This document shows, piece after piece, positions 21,513 to 32,749 of a DNA stretch of 64,000 nucleotides; position 1 is the first letter of the stretch, and every line of letters begins with the position of its first letter. Source of the DNA: Phyllobates terribilis (taxonomy: Eukaryota); assembly GCF_046119375.1 (NCBI RefSeq), contig NW_027362765.1, positions 391,158,001 to 391,222,000 on the forward strand, read 5' to 3'. The notes under the pieces were generated by a model. It was not told the DNA's origin. It saw nothing but the letters and a program-made list of their open reading frames with translations, and ran no database searches. Position numbers and translations under genes: made by a program.

Positions 21513-24500
21513 AAAACCACAGTTATTGTTTACTGGGGTATACCACACTTTTTTAAATAGAGAAATTGGCGGGTGAACAGTGAGCGACACACTCAAACTG
21601 CTTTTTTTTTAGATACCAAAGGCCCAAAACTGGATAGTACAGCGATTTGACCCGTGGAACTGCGAAACCACACTGGGATGTCGGGCCTACACAAGACTAT
21701 TTTCAACAGATATATTTTTGTGTCACAACAGTCAGGAGACACTACTGTTTTTCTTTACGGAAAAAACTACCAAAACCTGAATAATAGAGATTTTTTACCG
21801 TGGGATGGCAAAACCACAGTTATTGTATACTGGGGTATACCACACTTTTTTAAATAGAGATATTTGCGGCTGAACAGTGAGCGACACACTCAGACTGCTT
21901 TTTTTTTTAGATACCAAAGGCCCAAAGCTGGATAGTACAGCGATTTGACCCGTGGAACTGCGAAACCACACTGGGATGTCGGGCCTACACAAGACTATTT
22001 TCAACAGATATATTTTTGTGTCACAACAGTCAGGAGACACTACTGTTTTTCTTTACGGAAAAAACTACCAAAACCTGAATAATAGAGATTTTTTACCGTG
22101 GGATGGCAAAACCACAGTTATTGTTTACTGGGGTATACCACACTTTTTAAATAGAGATATTTGCGGCTGAACAGTGAGCGACACACTCAAACTGCTTTTT
22201 TTTTTAGATACCAAAGGCCCAAAACTGGATAGTACAGCGATTTGACCCGTGGAACTGCGAAACCACACTGGGATGTCGGGCCTACACAAGACTATTTTCA
22301 ACAGATATATTTTTGTGTCACAACAGTCAGGAGACTCTACTGTTTTTCTTTACGGAAAAAACTACCAAAACCTGAATAATAGAGATTTTTTACCATGGGA
22401 TGGCAAAACCACAATTATTGTTTACTGGGGTATACCACACTTTTTTAAATAGAGATATTTGCGGCTGAACAGTGAGCGACACACTCAAACTGCTTTTTTT
22501 TTAGATACTAAAGGCCCAAAACTGGATAGTACAGCGATTTGACCCGTGGAACTGCGAAACCACACTGGGATGTCGGGCCTACACAAGACTATTTTCAACA
22601 GATATATTTTTGTGTCACAACAGTCAGGAGACACTACTGTTTTTCTTTACGGAAAAAACTACCAAAAGCTGAATAATAGAGATTTTTTACCGTGGGATGG
22701 CAAAACCACAGTTATTGTTTACTGGGGTATACCACACTTTTTTAAATAGAGATATTTGCGGCTGAACAGTGAGCGACACACTCAAACTGCTTTTTTTTTT
22801 AGATACCAAAGGCCCAAAACTGGATAGTACAGCGATTTGACCCGTCGAACTGCGAAACCACACTGGGATGTCGGGCCTACACAAGACTATTTTCAACAGA
22901 TATATTTTTGTGTCACAACAGTCAGGAGACATTACTGTTTTTCTTTACGGAAAAAACTACCAAAACCTGAATAATAGTAATTTTTTACCGTGGGATGGCA
23001 AAACCACAGTTATTGTTTACTGGGGTATACCACACTTTTTTAAATAGAGATATTTGCGGCTGAACAGTGAGCGACACACTCAAACTGCTTTTTTTTTAGA
23101 TACCAAAGGCCCAAAACTGGATAGTACAGCAATTTGACCCGTGGAACTGCGAAACCACACTGGGATGTCGGGCCTACACAAGACTATTTTCAACAGATAT
23201 ATTTTTGTGTCACAACAGTCAGGAGACACTACTGTTTTTCTTTACGGAAAAAACTACCAAAACCTGAATAATAGAGATTTTTTACCGTGGGATGGCAAAA
23301 CCACAGTTATTGTTTACTGGGGTATACCACACTTTTTTAAATAGAGATATCTGCGGCTGAACAATGAGCGACACACTCAAACTGCTTTTTTTTTAGATAC
23401 CAAAGGCCCAAAACTGGATAGTACAGCGATTTGACCCGTGGAACTGCGAAACCACACTGGGATGTCGGGCCTACACAAGACTATTTTCAACAGATATATT
23501 TTTGTGTCACAACAGTCAGGAGACACTACTGTTTTTCTTTACGGAAAAAACTACCAAAAGCTGAATAATAGAGATTTTTTACCGTGGGATGTCAAAACCA
23601 CAGTTATTGTTTACTGGGGTATACCACACTTTTTAAATAGAGATATTTGCGGCTGAACAGTGAGCGACACACTCAAACTGCTTTTTTTTTAGATACCAAA
23701 GGCCCAAAACTGGATAGTACAGCGATTTGACCCGTGGAACTGCGAAACCACACTGGGATGTCGGGCCTACACAAGACTATTTTCAACAGATATATTTTTG
23801 TGTCACAACAGTCAGGAGACTCTACTGTTTTTCTTTACGGAAAAAACTACCAAAACCTGAATAATAGAGATTTTTTACCATGGGATGGCAAAACCACAAT
23901 TATTGTTTACTGGGGCATACCACACTTTTTTAAATAGAGATATTTGCGGCTGAACAGTGAGCGACACACTCAAACTGCTTTTTTTTTAGATACTAAAGGC
24001 CCAAAACTGGATAGTACAGCGATTTGACCCGTGGAACTGCGAAACCACACTGGGATGTCGGGCCTACACAAGACTATTTTCAACAGATATATTTTTGTGT
24101 TACAACAGTCAGGAGACACTACTGTTTTTCTTTACGGAAAAAACTACCAAAAGCTGAATAATAGAGATTTTTTACCGTGGGATGGCAAAACCACAGTTAT
24201 TGTTTACTGGGGTATACCACACTTTTTTAAATAGAGATATTTGCGGCTGAACAGTGAGCGACACACTCAAACTGCTTTTTTTTTTAGATACCAAAGGCCC
24301 AAAACTGGATAGTACAGCGATTTGACCCGTCGAACTGCGAAACCACACTGGGATGTCGGGCCTACACAAGACTATTTTCAACAGATATATTTTTGTGTCA
24401 CAACAGTCAGGAGACATTACTGTTTTTCTTTACGGAAAAAACTACCAAAACCTGAATAATAGTAATTTTTTACCGTGGGATGGCAAAACCACAGTTATTG

Positions 24501-25520
24501 TTTACTGGGGTATACCACACTTTTTTAAATAGAGATATTTGCGGCTGAACAGTGATCGACACACTCAAACTGCTTTTTTTTTAGATACCAAAGGCCCAAA
24601 ACTGGATAGTACAGCCCTTTGACCCATGGAACTGCGAAACCACACTGGGATGTCGGGCGTACACAAGACTATTTTCAACAGATATATTTTTGTGTCACAA
24701 CAGTCAGGAGACACTACTGTTTTTCTTTTCGGAAAAAACTACCAAAACCTGAATAATAGAGATTTTTTACCGTGGGATGGCAAAACCACAGTTATTGTTT
24801 ACTGGGGTATACCACACTTTTTTAAATAGAGATATTTGCGGCTGAACAGTGAGCGACACACTCAGACTGCTTTTTTTTTAGATACCAAAGGCCCAAAACT
24901 GGATAGTACAGCGATTTGACCCGTGGAACTGCGAAACCACACTGGGATGTCGGGCCTACACAAGACTATTTTCAACAGATATATTTTTGTGTCACAACAG
25001 TCAGGAGACACTACTGTTTTTCTTTACGGAAAAAACTACCAAAACCTGAATAATAGAGATTTTTTACCGTGGGATAGCAAAACCACAGTTATTGTTTACT
25101 GGGGTATACCACACTTTTTTAAATAGAGATATTTGTGGCTGAACAGTGAGCGACACACTCAAACTGCTTTTTTTTTAGATACCAAAGGCCCAAAACTGGA
25201 TAGTACAGCGATTTGACTCGTCAAACTGCGAAACCACACTGGGATGTCGGGCCTACACAAGACTATTTTCAACAGATATATTTTTGTGTCACAACAGTCA
25301 GGAGACACTACTGTTTTTCTTTACGGAAAAAACTACCACAACCTGAATAATAGAGATTTTTTACCGTGGGATGGCAAAACCACAGTTATTGTTTACTGGG
25401 GTATACCACACTTTTTTAAATAGAGATATTTGCGGCTGAACAGTGAGCGACACACTCAAACTGTTTTTTTTTTTAGATACAAATGGCCCAAAATGGATAA
25501 TACAGAGGTTTGAACCGTGG
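21513..25520. repeat. 297-298-bp tandem array, ~13.5 copies
   Basis: Identical ORF starts at 21654, 21952, 22249, 22546, 23141, 23438, 23734, 24031, 24626 and 24923. Confidence 0.97.
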
Positions 25521-25980
25521 AAGTGCAAAACTACACTTCTGTTTCTCTAGCCTACACCAGACTATTTTCAACAGTTATATTTGTGTCTGAAAAATCAGAG
25601 ACACGCTTTTTTTTTGGGGGGGGGGGGGGGACACACCAAAAGGTTAATAAGACGGGTATTTGTACAGTGTGAAGGAGGAAAAAAGAAGGAGGATTTAGAT
25701 GAAAAAAAAAGGATTTTTCTTGGCCCCTGACACCTGGTGCTAAGTCCAGCAATTTCAGCAACAGGAGCACAGAGGACTGTAAGCAGCGTTTGCTGGTATA
25801 ACCACTGTGTCTCCTATACAGCCTGCCTGCCTGGTATCTGGGATGGATATTAGTCCTGAAAGGGACTGTTTGTTTGTTCTGGCAGCCTTTACAGACCCTA
25901 CACTAACTATTTCGCAGTTTATATCTCTCCCTAAATCAGCAGCGCTGTCCCTACACTGTCTAATCCGGAGCGACTGTGTC

Positions 25981-26160
25981 CAAGATGGCGGCGCCCCGTT
26001 TTAAATACTCGAGGTGATGCTGTGCGGCCAGCCAATCACTGTAATGCCCACAACCAACATGGCTGCAGCATTACAGTGACAGGCTGGCAATCCCTGCATG
26101 TTCATTGGCTCTGTAAAGAGCGCCAAACATGCAGGGCGGAGACCCGAGCTCCCGCCCGAG
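25981..26160 (-). promoter_or_regulatory. Candidate inward-facing Pol II promoter at the hAT right end
   Basis: On the minus strand: GGGCGGGA, CCAAT (26108-26104), ATTGG (26036-26032), TATTTAAAA (26007-25999), then YY1-type GCCGCCATCTTG (25992-25981). Confidence 0.5.
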
Positions 26161-26329
26161 TAACCCGGAAATGCTCGGTGCTCGCCGAACATCTCGAGTA
26201 GCGTGATGCTCGGGCGAGTACCGAGCAGTGTCGAGCATGTTCGCTCACCACTAATAATAATGTATAATGCAAACAAAAGTGCCTCCAAACACAGTATGAT
26301 ACCCCCACAGTGAATTCCTCCGCATTAGC

Positions 26330-29300
26330 CTCCACATGCACAGTATAATGACCCTACTGTCCCCCACCTCAACTCCCAAGGCAAAGTATGGTGACTCCAT
26401 CACAGGATGATTCCCCAACTGTGACCTCCACACAGCCCTCCATACAGTATAATGGCCATAAAAAGTCTATAATGGCCTCACATAGTTCTCCATACAGTAT
26501 AATGGCCTCACATAGTCCTCCATACAGAATAATGGGTCCACATAGCCCTCCATACAGTATAATGGCCTCACATAGTCCTCCATACAGTATAATGGCCTCA
26601 CATAGTCCTGCATACAGAATAATGGCCCCACATAGTCCTCCACACAGTATAATGGCCCCACATAGTCCTCCATACAGTATAATGGTTTTACATAGTCCTC
26701 CATACAGTATAATGGGCCCCACATAATCCTCCATACAGAATAATGGACCCACATAGTCCTCCATACAGTATAATGGCCCCACATAGTCCTCCATACTGTA
26801 TAATGGCTCCACATAGTCCTCCATTCATAATATTGGGCCCCTCATAGTCCTCCATACAGTATAATGGCCCCACATGGTCCTCCATACAGTATAATGGCCA
26901 CAAAGAGTCCTCCATACAGAATAATGGTCCCCACATAGTCCTCCATACAGTATAATGGCCTCACATAGTCCCCCATACAGTATAATAGCCACGTAGTCCT
27001 CCATACAGAATAATGGCCCCACATAATCCTCCATACAGAATAATGGGCCCACATAGCCCTCCATACAGAATAATGGGCCCCACATAGTCCTTCATACAGT
27101 AAAATAGGCCCCACATAATCTTCCATACATTATAATGGTCCCACATAGTTCTCCATACTGTATAATGGGCACCACATGGTCCTCCATACAGGATAATGGC
27201 CCCACATAGTCCTCCATACAGTATAATGGCCCCACATAGTGCTCCATACAGTATAATGGCCCCACATAATCCTCCATACAGTATAATGGCCCCACATAGT
27301 TCTCCATACAGTATAATGGCCTCACATAGTTTTCCATACAGTATAATGGGTATAATGGTCCCATATAGTCCTCCATATAGTATAATGGCCCCACATAGTT
27401 CTTCATACAGTATAATGGCCTCACATAGTTCTCCATACAGTATAATGGCCCCATATAGTCCTCCATACAGTATAATGGTCCCACATAATCCTCCATACAG
27501 TATAATGGGCTCCACATAGTCCTCCATAGAGTAAAATGGCCCCACGTAGTCCTCCATACAGTATAATGGGCCCCACATAGTCCTCCATAGAGTATAATGG
27601 CCCCCACATAGTGTTCCATACAGTATAATGGCCCCACATTGTCCTACATACAGTATAATAGGTCCCACATAGTCCTCCATACAGTATAATGGGCCCCACA
27701 TAGTCCTCCATACAGTATAATGGGCCCCACATAGTCCGCCATACACTATAATGGGCCCCACATAGTCCTCCATACAGTATAATGGCCCCACATAATCCTC
27801 CATACAGTATAATGGCCCCACATAGTGCTCCATACAGTATAATGGCCCCACATAGTCCTCCATACAGTATAATAGGTCCCACATAGTCCTCCATACAGTA
27901 TAATTGGCCCCACATAGTCCTCCATACAGTATAATGGGCCCCACATAGTCCTCCATACAGTATAATGGGCCCCACATAGTCCTCCATACAGTATAATGAC
28001 CCCACATAATCCTCCATACAGTATAATGGCCCCACATAGTCCTCCATGCAGTATAATGGTCTCACATAGTCCTCCATACAGTATATTAGCCACATAGTCC
28101 GCCACGCAGAATAATGGCCCCACATAATCCTCCATACAGAATAATGGGCCCACATAGCCCTCCATACAGAATAATGGGCCCCACACAGTCCTTCATGCAG
28201 TAAAATGGGCCCCACATAGTCTTCCATACAGTATAATGGCCCCACATAGTCCTCCATACAGTATAATGGGCTCCACATAGTCCTCCATACAGTATAATGG
28301 GCCCCACATAGTCCTCCATACAGTATAATGGGCCCCACATAGTCCTCCATACAGTATAATGGGCCCCACATAGCCCTCCATACAGAATAATGGGCCTCAC
28401 ATAGTCCTTCATACAGTAAAATGGGCCCCACATAATCTTCCATACATTATAATGGTCCCACATAGTTCTCCATACAGTATAATGGCCCCACATAGTTCTC
28501 CATACAGTATAATGGCCTCACATAGTTTTCAATACAGTATAATGGGTATAATGGTCCCATATAGTCCTCCATACAGTATAATGGCCCCACATAGTCCTCC
28601 ATACAGTATAATGGCCCTACATAATCCTCCATATAGTATAATGGCCCCACATAGTTCTTCATACAGTATAATGGCCTCACATAGTTCTCCATACAGTATA
28701 ATGGCCCCATATAGTCCTCCATACAGTAGAATGGCCCCACATAATCCTCCATACAGTATAATGGGCTCCACAAAGTCCTCCATAGAGTAAAATGGCCCCA
28801 CGTAGTCCTCCATACAGTATAATGAGCCCTACATAGTCCTCCATACAGTATAATGGCCCCACATTGTCCTCCATACAGTATAATAGGTCCCACATAGTCC
28901 TCCATACAGTATAATGGTCCCACATAGTCCTCCATACAGTATAATGGGCACCACATAGTCCTCCATACAGTATAATGGCCCCACATAGACCTCCATACAC
29001 TGTAATGGGCCCCACATAGTCCTCCATGCAGTATAATGGCCCCACATAATCCTCCATACAGTATAATGGCCCCACATAGTGCTCCATACAGTATAATGGC
29101 CCCACATAGTCCTCCATACAGTATAATAGGTCCCACATAGTCCTCCATACAGTATAATGGGTCCCACATAGTCCTAAATACAGTATAATGGCTCCACATA
29201 GTCCTCCATACAGTATAATGACCCCACATAGTCCTCCATACAGTATAATGGCTCCACATAGTCCTCCATACAGTATAATGGACCCACATAGTCCTCCATA

Positions 29301-29410
29301 CAGTATACATGGCCCCACATGGTGCTCCACAATGTATACATGGCTCCACATGGTGCTCCACACTGTATACATGGCCCCACATGGTTCTCCTCACAGTATA
29401 ATGGCCCCAG
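26330..29410. repeat. 32-33-bp minisatellite, roughly 90 copies
   Basis: Unit CCCCACATAGTCCTCCATACAGTATAATG(G)G; produces the dense cluster of artefactual repetitive ORFs. Confidence 0.96.
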
Positions 29411-31210
29411 ATTAAAATAAATAAATAAATACTCACCTCTGCCATTGCAACGCTGATCACTACCTACCTGTGTGCCCACGGGCCATCCCTTCACTCTTGT
29501 CAGTGCGCGCGCCCTCCCCCTTTCACTAGCGCTGCGGCCACTCTCCTATGCGCGCGCCCTCCCATCAGGTCGCGCGCTCTCCCATTGGGCCACGCGCTCT
29601 CCCATCCGGCCGTGCGCCCTGATGGAAGGGCATGTCCAGAGGAAAGTGGCTGCGGCAGTATTGAGGCGATGGCCGGATGGCCCAAAATCTCTGCTGGAGG
29701 ACCTGCCTGGGGGGCATTTGCCCCTCTGCCCCCCCGGCCTAGCCCGCCCCTGGGGCTTCATTCTAGTAATTGTTGGGGATCAGAAAAGTTAGATGAATAC
29801 CACTGATGAGACATCCGTGGCATATCCAAATGATGCCCATAAGACTCCAACCAGACCCCTTCATTACCTTACTCCCTGCAGGGTACTTGTCAATTTTGGT
29901 TGCCATCACACATAGGATCCTGATGCCAACCAGTGCCAGGATCATGTGTGAGGTGCCGTGAGGTGAAGTGGACCTTGGAGTGAGGAGCGGAAAGTCACAC
30001 TATAAATTACAGCTGGCCACGGGGCAACCCTTTTTTGCCAGCTTGTATTATGCCCCTGGTATGCAGTCAGAATACAATAAAGTGGCACAGCACCCATAGT
30101 GGGACACGTTACTTCCACTAGGTGCATTCTCTTACTGAAAAACAGTTTAGCTATATTTATTCTTCAAGAAATGCCTGCGTCCCCCCTCTCCCCTGGGCAT
30201 GGATATTCGTGTAGATCCTTACAGTGCGGCATTGCACGGTGCATGCTTGCACAGATAATACATTCAGATAGGAGGGCGCCATTTGTCATGTTGGCTATGA
30301 CTCGTCTACTGGCAGGTGCATTACCTCCTGGGTCTGGAGTAAAACACTGCCAGGAACATGATATTTAAATTGCAGTGATTGATAGCTTTGTCAATACCGG
30401 GGAAATAACCAGGGGCGGGCGCCTATGTGATGGATGCCAGCAAGATATTATTTAAGAGAGGAACACGGGAAATCTCATGTTGTGTCATCTCAGATCTGTC
30501 TTGTGCAAGCAGCAGATAATCCTGGAAGAGCAGGGACAAATATTTATAGAGCGAGGCGTTCACCGGCCTTGACTGACTTCATTCTCTGAAGTGTGTCTAA
30601 GGTGTCTGTCACGTTGTGCCACGTGTGATAAATTTGTGAAAGTCACATAAATTGATGTATCCTATGACAGTAATTCATACCCCTCATAGATTGTCCTATC
30701 TGACACATTTATGGCTTACCGACAGGTTGGGGGTCCGGTATAAATCCCTTTTGCAGTTTTCAGGATTGGAGTGATGGACGTGCATGAGATGTTTCCTTCA
30801 TTCATTTCCAGGTGCATGCAAGGCGTTAAAGTCTCCTCATACTGGCATGCCAGACCTGGCATGCCACTCTCCACAAGAAGAAACATTACCCTTTAGAGCC
30901 CAGTCTAAGCCTCTCACCTAGTCAAAGCAGATCGCATAGTCTCCAAATTGAGAGTCTGATTTGGCTTTTATCCTAAGTCATATGTCAAGGCTCGATAAAG
31001 GGTCGATATTGACTTGCAGGATTGCTACCTCCATAAACCACTAATTCCAAACAATGAAAAATGAATGGTTAATTAGTACACCTGTATCTACATCCCATAA
31101 ACTGGTTTTCATTCCAAAACGACAACTCCCAGCATGCCTTGACTGCTGCAGATGGTATGCTTTTTTTTTTTTTTTTACCATAGTCATATCCAAGGGGTGG
31201 CAGAGTTTAA

Positions 31211-31560
31211 AGAGATCCTGTCATTTGCCATAAATATGTATTTTTTAAGTTGCCTAGTATAAATGCCGCTGCTCTCCTGAATCCGGCGTTGTTTTTCTTT
31301 TGCTCCTGCGCCTCTCCGTTCCCAAGATATATCCTGTATAAAAATCTAGTCTTGTTAGCCAACCGGGCATGGTCCTCCAGAAGATCTTCAGACCATCCCC
31401 ACTTGGCTTGCAAGACTAGATTTACTGTATATACACGAAAGAAGGGACAATATCTCAGGATAGGAGAGGCGCAGGAACAAAAGAAAAACAACGCTGTATT
31501 CCTGAAAACAGCGGCATTTATACCGCTGAAAAAATATTACATATTTACGATACCCGCCCT
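31211..31560. mobile_element. TTAA-type MITE with long internal inverted arms; right end decayed
   Basis: TTAA|AGAGATCCTGTCA start. The arm at ~31264-31329 (GCCGCTGCTCTCCTGAA..CTCCTGCGCCTCTCC) is the reverse complement of ~31449-31519. Confidence 0.6.
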
Positions 31561-32749
31561 AAACAGGAGTCTTAGCAGAGCATTTTAACAAGCTCTTCGC
31601 TGCCCTTTGTTGGTCGAGGTGCAGTATTGCAGGAAGTGGCAAGACCTGCTTGTGCTATAACGTTCCCGTCACAAGTCATTTACAAGTCTGTCTGCTTTTT
31701 GCGGTAGCTTAGAACTAGTTTATGTTTTGCAGGTGATACAATTCTTCGAATAGCTGGCGTTTATTTGCAAAGTAACTGCAGTGCGCTTTCTAACATGGCA
31801 GGGGGGTGGCGGAGGAAATATAATATTCCACAGTTTTATTAGGGTTAGATACTAAAGGTAAAAGACTTTGCATTGATTTTTCTTTGTAATGGTGTAAATT
31901 GATGATACAGAGAGAGACACAGGATCACATTTTCGTCTCATATTGATTCTATAATCTGAGCTGCGGCCAGAAAATCTACTGTCCTGGCTATGTGCATATT
32001 TCAGCTTCATATTCTTCCGTCTGCGCTGTGTCGTGTCTTGTATTTCTCCGTGGCTTCCTAATATATGTGTTTTAATAGACGTCCTTGTGTCTGGGGAAAC
32101 TGGGTGATGACCAATGGGGGCGTCATTACAAACCTAACATAGGACTCCTGGAGTACAAAATGTAAAATATGGATACAGATGGACTTTTTGTCCTGGATGT
32201 TTATACCTGAATACAGCCATATTGTGCCAAATAATACTTCTATACTGATGTGGAAACCTGTATGAAAAGTTTTTTAGAAGAAACTCAAGAGGTTTCACAC
32301 GTTTGCCAGTTTCGATCGATCGGAGACAAGAGCACACAACCAGTGTCTGTCTGTGTACAAGGCTTGTCTGCTCTCAGATGCCCAATCACAAATTTTTATT
32401 ATATAAGGGAACTGGGAATGGCTTAATACATTAAATTACCTAAAAAGGAAGATATTTAAGTTGGGAATAACAAAGTCGTAAATTATGTATTCTTCTGAAT
32501 TCCTTCGAAACTGGTTATATCTAGTTTACTATACTTTCAGAAACAAAGGAAAGATTTAATACAAAGACATCTCTATATCAGACACAGTGCCCTGTGTTAT
32601 AGATTTAATAGATTTATAAATAACACTTATAAAGCTAATATTAAAATACAAGATTATCAAAGATCTACATATATTTAATTGTCTAAATAATAATCAAAGC
32701 AAAGTATAAAATATTAACCATAAAAATACTAAACTTCCCAAATAATACT

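Larger units (their letters stand above)
13158..26253 (-). mobile_element. 13.1-kb hAT-superfamily DNA transposon carrying internal satellites and a solo LTR
   Basis: 8-bp TSD ATAATAAT (13150-13157 and 26254-26261); TIRs TAGTG(T/G)TGAGCGA(G/A)CA; clustered TGCTCG/CGAGCA subterminal motifs at both ends; BED-DDE transposase inside. Confidence 0.93.

Noticed and set aside
21654-25126. Repeated 67-72-aa ORF MELRNHTGMSG...
   Set aside because: It mostly starts at GTG, is broken in some units, changes its C-terminus with poly-T length and has no recognisable domain; a by-product of the 297-bp repeat.
16739-25520. Regular arrays that superficially resemble CRISPR loci
   Set aside because: The units are full tandem copies with no unique spacers, there are no cas genes, and the context is a eukaryotic transposon.
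26369-29494. Many long ORFs (up to 358 aa) with MEDYVGPLYC repeats
   Set aside because: Translations of a 32-33-bp minisatellite that switch frame with unit length.
29803-29840. CTGATGAG hammerhead-like box
   Set aside because: No stem II and no downstream GAAA box.
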